Part shown: positions 27,219 through 36,560 of the stretch, one piece after another | Layout: every line of letters begins with the position of its first letter | Position numbering within the stretch: position 1 is the first letter of the stretch | DNA from: an uncultured Acidobacteriota bacterium | GTDB lineage: Bacteria > Acidobacteriota > Thermoanaerobaculia > UBA5066 > DATFVB01 | Length of the DNA: 64,000 nt | Reading direction: 5' to 3' | Assembly (NCBI GenBank): GCA_963813155.1 | Contig: CAWEYG010000002.1 | Coordinates: forward strand, 704,001-768,000 | Translations under genes and position numbers: made by a program | The notes under the pieces: model-generated | The model's database searches: none | The model's input: only the letters and a program-made list of their open reading frames with translations | What the model was told of the DNA's origin: nothing

Positions 27219-29278
27219 CAATCAGGAAAGCAGGGCCGCGGCTGCTCACGCTCTGTTTCGCCGCTGCGTTCTCGGTTCTGGTCGGCCGGGCGTCGGCCCA
27301 GGAGCCTGCCGTGCCGCCCTCGACGGACCCGAAGGATCTGAGCCTGGAAGAGCTCGTGAACATCCGGGTGGATTCCGTCTTCGCCGCATCGAAGTATGAG
27401 CAAAAAGTCACAGAGGCCCCGGCATCCGTCAGCATCGTCACCGCGGATGAGATCAGAAAATTCGGCTATCGAACGCTGGAGGACATTCTGCGAAGCATTC
27501 GCGGATATTACGTTTCGTACGACCGCAACTACTCTTCCCTCGGATCGAGAGGGTTTCTGCGCCCCGGCGACTTCAATACCCGGTATCTGTTTCTGATCGA
27601 TGGTCACCGGATGAATGACAACATCTTCGGTGAAGGCGAGGAGGGGAGCTCGATCACGATCGACGTCGATCTCATCGAACGTGTGGAAATCATCCGGGGG
27701 CCGAGCTCGTCGATCTATGGAAACAGCGCTTTTCTGGGCGTCATCAGTATCATTACGAAGACGGGCAGCCAGCTTGGCGGCACGGAGGTGTCGGGCGAGG
27801 CCGGCAGCCTGGGAACCTACAAGGGACGGATATCGTTCGGAAAACAATTCGCGAATTCGGTCAACTGGCTGCTCTCCGGCTCGTACGGTACCGACAAACG
27901 GGCAGGCCAATCTGTACTTTCCCGAGTTCGACCAGCGCATCAGCGGCGAACCGAGAGCCCGAAACGATGGCGTTGCTCGGAACGCCGACGGCGAGCTGAT
28001 CCACCGGATGTTCACGAGCGTGTCCTACGAGGACTTCACGCTGACGGGGGCTTACGCATCACGGACAAAACACATTCCCACGGCGCCATTCGGGTCGTTC
28101 TTCGGGGCCGGACACGCCGAGACATCGGATCGGCGCGAATATCTCGACCTCAAATACGATCACCTGTTTGAGAAGGATACAGAGGTCTCGGGCAGGGTGT
28201 CGTACGACGCCTTTCCACACCTCGGGAAGTATCCCTACGATTACGGCGTCAACAACCAGCCGGCGGATATCGCGATCGACTACGACGGCGACTACGGGAG
28301 CTGGCTGACTTCCGAAGTGCAAGTCAAGCAGCGGCTGTCTCGACCGCCATACGATCGTCGTCGGCGTCGGACTATCGGGAAGACCTGCAGCAGCATCTCT
28401 TCAACTACGACAGCGACCATACGACATTCGTCGAGGATCGGCGAACGGGCCGAAGCTTTGGAACCTACGGGCAGGCCGAGCTCGTCCTTCGCCCGAATCT
28501 GATCTTGAATGCCGGCCTGCGGTACGACTACTACGACACCTTCGGCGGGACTCTGAATCCGCGGATCGGGCTGATCTACACGCCGTGGCAGACGACGACA
28601 TTCAAGCTTCTCTACGGTCAGGCCTTTCGGGCTCCCAGCGACTACGAGCTCTATTACGGGTCGGCGGCTTTCGGACAGTCTCCAAATCCCGGCCTGGCGC
28701 CCGAAAAGATTCGAACGTACGAGGCCATCTACGAACAATACCTTCCCGCGCATCTGCGCTTCAGCGTTTCCGGCTATTACTACCGGATCGACGACCTGAT
28801 CGCTCAGACCACCCAGGCCGGCACCGGGCTTCTGATTTTCGAGAACATCGATCACGTTCACACGAAAGGCGTGGAGCTGGAGCTCGAGGGAAAATATCCG
28901 GGCGGCACGCTCGTGCGGGCCAGCTATGCTTTTCAGCGGGCCGAGGATGCGACGACTGGAGTCCCGCTTCCGAATTCCCCCCGGCATCTGGCCAAGCTCA
29001 ATCTGATCGTGCCGCTGCGTGGCGACAAGGTGTCATTGGGACAGGAGCTGCAGTACACGAGCAGCATGAAGGATTTAGACAATAGTGAAAGCGCGGCTTT
29101 TCTTGTTGGCAACGCGACGTTATCGCTTCACGAACTCGTGCCTCATTTGGAGGTTGCGGGTTCGATGTACAACATGTTCAATAAGAACTATTCCTACCCC
29201 GCCTCGATCGGCCTTGACCAGGAGAGGGTCCCACAGGACGGCCGAACCTGGCGCCTGAAGCTGACCTACAAGTTCTGA
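27215..29278 (+). CDS. TonB-dependent receptor (frameshifts near 27897 and 28340-28440)
   Basis: LSLEELVNIRV, EAPASVSIVT and IERVEIIRGPSSSIYG plug motifs; AGLRYD; C-terminal LKLTYKF; pieces spread over ORFs 26633, 27615 and 28505. Confidence 0.85.
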
Positions 29279-29282
29279 CGAA

Positions 29283-29900
29283 ATGCGCACATGGAATCTA
29301 CGAATTCGTTGGCGCGCGCCGCGGCGACCTCTTTCGACGGGCCACGGACCATCTCGAACAGCGGTCGTTGTCGCGCTGTTGCTCGCGATCGGCCTGGCGT
29401 CTCGGGCGGGGCAGGCCAGCGATCCACCGCTGACGGAATACCGGGTCAAGGCTCTCTTTCTCATGAATTTCGCCAGATACGTCGAGTGGCCGGTGGATAG
29501 CTTTGAAAGCGCGACCTCTCCAATCGTGATTGGCGTGATCGGCGAGAACAGGTTTGGCGGCGATCTTGCCGCGGCGGTGGCGGGCAGAAACGTCGAGGGG
29601 CGGCCTGTGCTCCAGAAAGCGATCGAAACGCCGGCCGACGCCGACAAGTGTCAGATCCTCTTTGTCAGCGCATCGGCGAAAGCCGGCGTGTCCGGGATTC
29701 TCAGGCGCATCAGGACCAAATCGGTGTTGAGCGTCGGCGAGAGCGAGCGCTTCACCGACTTTGGCGGAATCATCAATTTCGTCAAGAAAGACGGCAAGGT
29801 GCGCCTCGAGATCAATCTCGAGGCCGCGCGCGAGGCGCGGCTCCACCTCAGCGCGAAATTACTGAGTGTCGCCGACGTCGTGACAGGCAAGGCGAACTAG
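29283..29900 (+). CDS. YfiR family (DUF4154) periplasmic protein
   Basis: EYRVKALFLMNFARYVEWP, CQILFV, VRLEINL and LSAKLL motifs. Confidence 0.88.
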   Translation: MRTWNLRIRWRAPRRPLSTGHGPSRTAVVVALLLAIGLASRAGQASDPPLTEYRVKALFLMNFARYVEWPVDSFESATSPIVIGVIGENRFGGDLAAAVAGRNVEGRPVLQKAIETPADADKCQILFVSASAKAGVSGILRRIRTKSVLSVGESERFTDFGGIINFVKKDGKVRLEINLEAAREARLHLSAKLLSVADVVTGKAN

Positions 29901-29905
29901 CGATC

Positions 29906-31549
29906 ATGCCGGCTCTCTGGCGCACCTCCATTCGCCGCACACAAACGCTCATCATCATGCTGACGAGCGGTCTCGCGCTGCTGCTTGCCTGCGCGGTGTT
30001 TGTGACCTATGACACGCTCTCTTTGCGAGACGCGATGATTGCACGAATGACCATTCTCGCGGATGTCGTGGGCGCCAATTGCGCGGCAGCCATCGATTTC
30101 GACGATCAGAAGGGCGCCCGGGAGATTCTCGCCGCCCTCCGCGCCGAAGACGACATCCGCGCGGCATGCGTCTATACACGCGACGGCCATGTCTTCGCCA
30201 CGTATAGTCGCATGGACGCCTCACCATTGGCGCCGGCTGATGTCGTCGACGTTCAAGATGTACCTCAAGTGCGAGGCGAATCGCAGGAATTCTCGCAGAG
30301 CGAGTTTCGTCTCTACCGGTCCATCCAGCAGAAGGGCCAACAGGTCGGCACGATCTTTGTCGGAGTAGACCTGAAGGACCTTGCGACGCGCCTTCGCCGC
30401 TACATCGGCATCGCGGGCTTCGTTTTGCTGGCGGCAATGCTCGCCGCGCTGGCCCTTTCCAGCCGTTTGCAGCGGTTCGTGTCCGTTCCGATCCTGCGGC
30501 TGGCAAGCCTGGCCCGGTCCGTGGCGGTGGAGAGGAATTACTCGGTGCGGGCGATAAAAGAGAGCGACGATGAGCTCGGACAGCTTGTCGATGGGTTCAA
30601 CGAAATGCTCGAACAGATCCAGTCGCGGGACACCGCGCTTGAAAACGCACGGGTGGATCGGGAGAAGAGCGCCGCCGAGCGAATTCAGGAAGTCGAGGCC
30701 ATTCATCGGCAGCTGGTGGATGCCTCACGCCGGAGCGGGATGGCGGAAATCGCGTCGAACGTGCTTCACAATGTCGGCAACGTGCTCAACAGTGTAAACA
30801 TCTCCGCGGGGTTGATCGCCGAGAGAATCAAAAAGTCGCGGGTGTCCAGTCTCGGGCGTGTCGTCGCCATACTTGGCGAACACGCAGGCGACCTCGGGAC
30901 GTTCATGACCAACGACTCCGCGGGCAGACTCGTGCCAGATCACCTGGCCCGGCTGTCGGACCATCTTCTGGCCGATCAGGAGATTGTCGTCCAGGAAGTC
31001 GACTCTTTGCGTCGAAATGTCCAGCACATCAAGGAGATCGTGGCCATGCAGCAGACCTACGCGACGGTCGGCGGCGTAAAGGAAGTGGTCGGCATCGTCG
31101 ATCTGGTGGAGGACAGCATGCACATGAACGAGGTCTCGCTCAGTCGCCACGGTGTGGAGGTCATTCGCGAGTTCGAAGACGTCCCTCAACTGAATGTCGA
31201 AAAGCACAAGGTCCTTCAAATCCTGGTCAACCTCGTGCGAAACGCGAAGCATGCGTGTGACGATTCTGGACGGTCGGACAAGCGGGTGACGGTGCGCGTC
31301 ACGAACGGCAATGGCCGGGTCAGGATTTCCGTGATCGACAACGGGGTCGGTATTTTGCCCGAGAACCTGACTCGGATCTTCAACCACGGGTTCACGACGC
31401 GAAAGGGAGGCCACGGCTTCGGTCTTCACAGCGGCGCGCTTGCCGCGGCGGAAATGGGAGGTTCGCTCACAGCCTGGAGCGACGGACCGGGCCGGGGCGC
31501 TGCCTTCACGCTGGAGCTGCCGGGTCCTCAAGCAGATGTGGCCGCATGA
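29906..31549 (+). CDS. Membrane sensor histidine kinase with YfiN-like periplasmic domain and HAMP
   Basis: Two TMs; AAIDFDD periplasmic motif; DELGQLVDGFNEML HAMP; VLHNVGNVLNS H-box; GHGFGLH. Confidence 0.9.
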   Translation: MPALWRTSIRRTQTLIIMLTSGLALLLACAVFVTYDTLSLRDAMIARMTILADVVGANCAAAIDFDDQKGAREILAALRAEDDIRAACVYTRDGHVFATYSRMDASPLAPADVVDVQDVPQVRGESQEFSQSEFRLYRSIQQKGQQVGTIFVGVDLKDLATRLRRYIGIAGFVLLAAMLAALALSSRLQRFVSVPILRLASLARSVAVERNYSVRAIKESDDELGQLVDGFNEMLEQIQSRDTALENARVDREKSAAERIQEVEAIHRQLVDASRRSGMAEIASNVLHNVGNVLNSVNISAGLIAERIKKSRVSSLGRVVAILGEHAGDLGTFMTNDSAGRLVPDHLARLSDHLLADQEIVVQEVDSLRRNVQHIKEIVAMQQTYATVGGVKEVVGIVDLVEDSMHMNEVSLSRHGVEVIREFEDVPQLNVEKHKVLQILVNLVRNAKHACDDSGRSDKRVTVRVTNGNGRVRISVIDNGVGILPENLTRIFNHGFTTRKGGHGFGLHSGALAAAEMGGSLTAWSDGPGRGAAFTLELPGPQADVAA

Positions 31550-33708
31550 CGAGTAAAGTGCCGGACGGCAGGAATCGTCGGATTCTTGTCATCGATGACA
31601 ATCGCGCGATTCACGACGATTTTCGCAAGATTCTTTCGCCCGGAAGCTCGACGGCGGCGGCGCTCGACGCCAGCGAGGCGGCCCTGTTCGGGAGAGCGAC
31701 GAATTCGGTTCAGATGGCGGAATTCGAAGTGGATTCCGCCTATCAGGGGCAGGATGGCGTTCTCCTCGCGCAACAGGCTCTGGAAGCCGGACGGCCATAC
31801 GCCCTCGCGTTCGTCGACGTGCGAATGCCGCCCGGTTGGGACGGCGTCGAAACCACCCGCAACCTCTGGGAACTTGATCCGGACCTTCAGATCGTCCTCT
31901 GCTCGGCGTATTCCGACTATTCCTGGGACGAGGTGTTTGAAAAGCTGGGCCAGCGCGACGCGCTGCTGATCCTCAAGAAGCCCTTTGACAGCGTCGAGGC
32001 GGTTCAACTCGCTCACGCCCTCACGGAGAAATGGTGGCTGCACCGGGAGTCCCGCCGAAAGATGGATGAATTGGAACACCGTGTGTCCGAGCGCACCATG
32101 GAGCTGCGGCAAACCAACAGCGCGCTTCAAGACGAGGTGGTCGAACACCAGCGAACCGAGACTTCTCTGCGCGAAAGCGAGAAGAATTTCCAGGATCTGG
32201 CGGAAAACATCACCGACGTGTTCTGGATCCGGTCGTACGACGGAAAGACGGTTTATTACGCGAGCCCGGCCTATGAGCGCGTGTGGGGCCGCTCGCGAGA
32301 TGGCCTGTACTCGAATCCCCGCGATTGGGTTGACGCCGTCATTTCGGAGGAACGTCAGGAGGTCGCCGCCGTCTTCGCCGGCCTCGGACCCGACAGGATG
32401 AGCGTGAGTATCGAGTATCGGATCGTCCGACCCAATGGCGAAGTGCGGTGGATCCACGACCGGGGCTTCGTGACACGGAATCCCTCCGGCCGAGAGATCC
32501 GGCATATCGGGATCGCGACCGACATCACAGATCGAATGCGCCTGGAGGCACAATTGCTCCAGTCCCAAAAGATGGAGACCGTCGGCAAGCTCGCGGGCGG
32601 TGTCGCGCACGAATTCAATAGCATTCTGACGGCAATCATCGGCCAGAGCGAGCTCCTGCTCGCGGACCTGCCGCCGAACAGCCCGCTTGCCGTCAACGTG
32701 ACCGAAATCCGCAAGGCCGCGGGCCGGGCCGCCGCTCTGACCCGCCAACTCCTGGCTTACGGCCGAAAACAAATCCTCCAGCCGGAATGTCTAAACCTCA
32801 ATCAAATCGTCGCCGGGATGGAAGGACTGTTTCAGAATCTGATGGGCGGTCGTGTAAATATGCGGATCGTTCCGGATTCGGATCTCCGTTCGGTGCGGGC
32901 CGACGCGGGCCAGATTGAGCAGGTCATCATGAACCTCGCGATGAACTCCCGCGATGCGATGCCCAACGGCGGAATGCTCACGATGGAAACTTCGAATGTT
33001 TCGATCGATCGGGAGAGTCTGGGACGGTTTCCGGAATTGAATCCCGGCGAATACGTGATGCTGGCAATCACGGATACGGGCGTTGGAATGAGCGCGGAAG
33101 TGAAGGCGCACGTCTTCGATCCGTTCTTCTCCACCAAGGGCGTCGGGGAGGGGACCGGGCTGGGGTTGTCCACCTGCTACGGCATCGTCAAGCAGAGCGG
33201 GGGACACATCAGCGTCTACAGCGAGCCGGGGAGAGGCACGACCTTCAAGATGTATCTCCCCCAGGCCGAGTTGCAGCCGCGAGCTCCCGATCAAAGTCTG
33301 GACCCTGCGGAGTTGCCGCGCGGAACCGAAACGATTCTTCTGGTCGAGGATGATCCCGCGTTGCGCGAGATGGCGGCAATATTACTGAGACGGCTCGGAT
33401 ACACGGTCACGGTAGCGGCGGACGGGATCGAGGCCCTGAATTTGAAGCAGAAGCCGGGGTCGGGCCACATCGACATGTTGTTCACCGATGTCGTCATGCC
33501 GCATATGAGCGGCAAGGAATTGTCTGACCGCGTGAGGGTGCTTTATCCGCGGACCCGGATTCTTTTCACCTCCGCCTACACGGAGAACGCTATCGAGCAT
33601 CAATCCATGTTGAGCAAGGGGGTGGCGCTTCTTCAGAAGCCGTTCACCCCTTCCGCTCTCGCGCACAAATTGCGCGAAGTGCTCGACCAGCCGAATCCGG
33701 CAATTTAA
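31546..33708 (+). CDS. Hybrid histidine kinase REC-PAS-HisKA-HATPase-REC
   Basis: RILVIDD...FVDVRMPPGWDG; PAS EYRIVRPNGEVRW; GVAHEFNS; GTGLGL; C-terminal REC. Confidence 0.92.
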   Translation: MTSKVPDGRNRRILVIDDNRAIHDDFRKILSPGSSTAAALDASEAALFGRATNSVQMAEFEVDSAYQGQDGVLLAQQALEAGRPYALAFVDVRMPPGWDGVETTRNLWELDPDLQIVLCSAYSDYSWDEVFEKLGQRDALLILKKPFDSVEAVQLAHALTEKWWLHRESRRKMDELEHRVSERTMELRQTNSALQDEVVEHQRTETSLRESEKNFQDLAENITDVFWIRSYDGKTVYYASPAYERVWGRSRDGLYSNPRDWVDAVISEERQEVAAVFAGLGPDRMSVSIEYRIVRPNGEVRWIHDRGFVTRNPSGREIRHIGIATDITDRMRLEAQLLQSQKMETVGKLAGGVAHEFNSILTAIIGQSELLLADLPPNSPLAVNVTEIRKAAGRAAALTRQLLAYGRKQILQPECLNLNQIVAGMEGLFQNLMGGRVNMRIVPDSDLRSVRADAGQIEQVIMNLAMNSRDAMPNGGMLTMETSNVSIDRESLGRFPELNPGEYVMLAITDTGVGMSAEVKAHVFDPFFSTKGVGEGTGLGLSTCYGIVKQSGGHISVYSEPGRGTTFKMYLPQAELQPRAPDQSLDPAELPRGTETILLVEDDPALREMAAILLRRLGYTVTVAADGIEALNLKQKPGSGHIDMLFTDVVMPHMSGKELSDRVRVLYPRTRILFTSAYTENAIEHQSMLSKGVALLQKPFTPSALAHKLREVLDQPNPAI

Positions 33709-33919
33709 GCGGAGACGCGCGACCTGTCCGTCGAAGCCTCGGCGAAGGCGGAAGCGCCAGCGGAACGCAGTGGAGCGAAATCGGCCAGACCGAGGGGGCT
33801 TGGGGGAGGCTTCCCCCAGGTCAGATGTCCAAATTTGTCGGAGCGAAGCGGAGACGCGCGACCCGTCCGCCGAAGCCTCGGCGAAGGCGGAAGCGCAGCG
33901 GAACGAAGTGGAGCGAAAT
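33707..33919. repeat. Two ~75-bp direct repeats with REP-like internal palindrome
   Basis: 33707-33781 and 33846-33919 share AAGCGGAGACGCGCGACC..TCCGYCGAAGCCTCGGCGAAGGCGGAAGCGC..GCGGAACGMAGTGGAGCGAAAT. Confidence 0.85.
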
Positions 33920-33920
33920 T

Positions 33921-33976
33921 TGGTGCACCCGGCCGGGCTCGAACCGGCAACCTTCAGCTCCGGAGGCTGACGCTCT
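33921..33976 (-). other. Duplicated 3' part of tRNA-Arg(CCG), att-like scar
   Basis: Anticodon arm identical to 34111..34187, variant T-stem, CCA end, no 5' acceptor strand or complete D-arm. Confidence 0.85.
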
Positions 33977-34110
33977 CGCTCCGCCGGGCGGCTTGCGCCG
34001 CGGATCGGTCGCCTCGGAAACTTCGGCGACCGAACCGGCGAGCTGGATTGTTCTACCCGAGAGGAGGACCTCTCGGGCTCTCCCCGGTGGGATCGGCTTC
34101 GACAATGTTG

Positions 34111-34187
<77 letters not shown>

Positions 34188-34317
34188 AAAGAGCCGGGCG
34201 GAAAGTATATCCGCACGCGAGGGCTTTGGAGCCCTCGCCGCACGAGAAGTCTCCCCGAAGTAACCGAGGGGAGGAGGCTCGTGCGGCGGGAGCCGCGGCG
34301 CAAGCGAAGGCGACGAA

Positions 34318-34395
34318 TGGGGCGAGCGATGGGATTTGAACCCACGACATCCAGATCCACAATCTGGCACTCTAACCAGCTGAGCTACGCCCGCC
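34318..34395 (-). tRNA. tRNA-His (GTG)
   Basis: Cloverleaf with CCAGA-TTGTGGA-TCTGG anticodon arm, G-1 and C discriminator, encoded CCA; upstream TTGCGC-N17-TACACT promoter. Confidence 0.97.
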
Positions 34396-34474
34396 GCCGG
34401 AGCCGGGAAGTGTACCGGAGCGGGCGATGCCGCGCAATCCGGAGCGACCGTCCCGCGGGAGTAAGATCTTCCCC

Positions 34475-35263
34475 ATGCAATCGTTGAAGGACAGAGTCGC
34501 CCTCGTCACGGGAGCTTCCTCCGGCATCGGCGAAGCGACCGCGCGGGCTCTCGCTGCCGCCGGAACGAAGCTCGTGCTCGGGGCGCGCCGGACGGACCGG
34601 CTCGACCGTCTCGCGGCAGAGCTCCTGGAGGCTGGCGCCGAGACGCTCACCGAAGCGCTCGACGTGCGCCGCGTGGAAGACTGCGAGTCCTTCGTCTCGG
34701 GCGCGATGAACCGGTTCGGCCGCATCGACATCCTCGTCAACAACGCCGGCCTCGCTCGGGGACGGCGTTTCGTCGCGGAAGGGGACGAGCGCGAGTGGGA
34801 CGAGATGATCGACACGAACGTCAAGGGCCTTCTCCACATGAGCCGCCTCGTGCTTCCTCACCTCGCCCGGCAGAATTCCGGGCACGTCGTCAACCTCGGG
34901 TCGGTCGCGGCGCTCGGAGTCTACGAAGGAGGATCCGTCTACTGCGCGACGAAGTGGTCGGTCAAGGCGATCACTCAGGCGATGCGCCTCGAGCTGAGTG
35001 GGACAGACGTTCGCGTGACCGAGATCTGTCCCGGGCTCGTCGAGACGGAATTCTCCCTCGTGCGGTTCCATTCGGAGGAAGATCAGCGGAAGGCCAGCGA
35101 GCAATCCGCCGCGGTCTACCAGGGAATCGAGCCGCTGACCGCCGACGACATTGCGGATTGCATCCTCTGGGCGCTCACGCGGCCCCCGCACGTCGACATC
35201 GACGAGATCGTCGTGCGCCCCGTCGCTCAGGCCGGCATGTCCAAGGTCGCGCGAAAGGGTTGA
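34475..35263 (+). CDS. SDR family NAD(P)-dependent oxidoreductase (YdfG-like)
   Basis: TGASSGIG, NNAG, YCATK and PGLVETEFS motifs. Confidence 0.92.
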   Translation: MQSLKDRVALVTGASSGIGEATARALAAAGTKLVLGARRTDRLDRLAAELLEAGAETLTEALDVRRVEDCESFVSGAMNRFGRIDILVNNAGLARGRRFVAEGDEREWDEMIDTNVKGLLHMSRLVLPHLARQNSGHVVNLGSVAALGVYEGGSVYCATKWSVKAITQAMRLELSGTDVRVTEICPGLVETEFSLVRFHSEEDQRKASEQSAAVYQGIEPLTADDIADCILWALTRPPHVDIDEIVVRPVAQAGMSKVARKG

Positions 35264-35270
35264 GGCGGCG

Positions 35271-35630
35271 ATGAAGAAACTGACCCTCGTGTTGCTCGTT
35301 CTCGCGGGCGTCTGGTACCTCGTGGCGCGGACGAACGTCTTTTCGAAATACGTCGACCAGAATTTCCTCGACGAAACGAAGGCCATCCCCCGGGCCGAAA
35401 AGGCGGCGGGACGGGAAAAGGCGCGTGTCAACGAAATGCACACCGTCGAAAGCGCCGCCTCCGGTCAGACGGTTTCGGAAAACATGACGAGGGAAGAAGT
35501 GAAGGCGATCTGGGGAGATCCGACCTCCGTCGAGCACGATGCTCTCGACAATGAAATCTGGCGCTTCGAGGCGATCTCCAAAAAGGTTACTTTTCGATAC
35601 GGGAAGGTCTGGAACGTCGAATCGAACTAG
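35271..35630 (+). CDS. Small membrane-anchored protein with SmpA/OmlA(BamE)-like domain
   Basis: SD GAGG; N-terminal TM; MTREEVKAIWGDP...W...VTFRYGKV pattern. Confidence 0.6.
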   Translation: MKKLTLVLLVLAGVWYLVARTNVFSKYVDQNFLDETKAIPRAEKAAGREKARVNEMHTVESAASGQTVSENMTREEVKAIWGDPTSVEHDALDNEIWRFEAISKKVTFRYGKVWNVESN

Positions 35631-36519
35631 GGTTCGCGTCGAGCTTCAATCCTCGCACGATCTTCTCGATGCGGCGCCGCGTGTCTTCCCGAACCGGCGC
35701 GAGCGGAAGGCGAAGCGTTTCGCCGCACCGATTCATCATGGCGAGCGCGGCCTTGACGGGACCGGGGCTCGTCTCGAAGCTGCACGCTTCCATCAACGGG
35801 GCATATTTCCGGTGCAGCTCACGCGCCTCGTCACCCCGGTCGTGCAGCGCCGCGTCGACGTAGCGGAAGAAGGCGCCGGGCGCGAGATTTCCCGCGAGTG
35901 AGACGACTCCGCGCATCCCCAGGCCGAGGCCGGCGAGCGCCGTCCGGTCGTCCGCCGAGAAAATCGCGAACTCCTCCGGAACGCGCGGGAGAAGACTCGC
36001 CACCTTGCGGAAGTCGGTGGAAGACTCGACGAGCCCAGCGATCCGAGGCAGCTCGGCGAGCTTCAGAATCCGATCGATCTCCAGGTCGATTCCCGTTCGG
36101 GCCGGCGCGTTGTAAATCAGCACCGGCAGGCGGGTGGAGTCGCAGATCGCGGCGAAGTGCCGGGTGAGGCCCTCCGCCGTCGGGCAGTTGTAGAACGGGT
36201 TGACGGCGAGAAGCGCGGAAGCGCCCGCCTTCTCCGCGTCGCGGGCCCAAAAAACCGACTTCGCCGTGTGGTTCCCGCCCGCGCCGGCGACCACCGGCAC
36301 GCGCCCGTTGGCGGCCGCGACGATGTGCGCGGTCACCGCCTTTCTCTCGTCGCCCGACAGGGCGGGCGATTCCCCCTCCGCGGTGCACGAAACGAGGAAT
36401 TCCGTCCCCTCGCCGATTTGCCAGTCGACGAGCGACTCGATCGACCCGAAATCGATTTTTCCCCTTTCGTCGAAAGGTGTGACGAGGGCGGTTCCGGCTC
36501 CGCGAATCTCGAGCTTCAT
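35587..36519 (-). CDS. DapA/DHDPS-family homologue with degenerate active site
   Basis: TALVTPF, GRVPVVAGAG, PFYN, IYNAPARTG, PGPVK and LRLPL motifs; but CTAEGE replaces GTTGE and GLVES replaces GIKEA. Confidence 0.85.
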   Translation of the reverse strand: MKLEIRGAGTALVTPFDERGKIDFGSIESLVDWQIGEGTEFLVSCTAEGESPALSGDERKAVTAHIVAAANGRVPVVAGAGGNHTAKSVFWARDAEKAGASALLAVNPFYNCPTAEGLTRHFAAICDSTRLPVLIYNAPARTGIDLEIDRILKLAELPRIAGLVESSTDFRKVASLLPRVPEEFAIFSADDRTALAGLGLGMRGVVSLAGNLAPGAFFRYVDAALHDRGDEARELHRKYAPLMEACSFETSPGPVKAALAMMNRCGETLRLPLAPVREDTRRRIEKIVRGLKLDANPSSIRRSRPSRIEK

Positions 36520-36560
36520 CAACGGCCATCTTAATCCCGATCCTCGTTTGAGATAAACTC

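Noticed and set aside
33707-33919. Possible CRISPR array
   Set aside because: Only two ~75-bp units, too long for CRISPR repeats, and no cas genes nearby.
25605-33976. Intact integrative element or prophage at tRNA-Arg
   Set aside because: No integrase, phage or conjugation genes, and the att-like repeats enclose only 134 bp.
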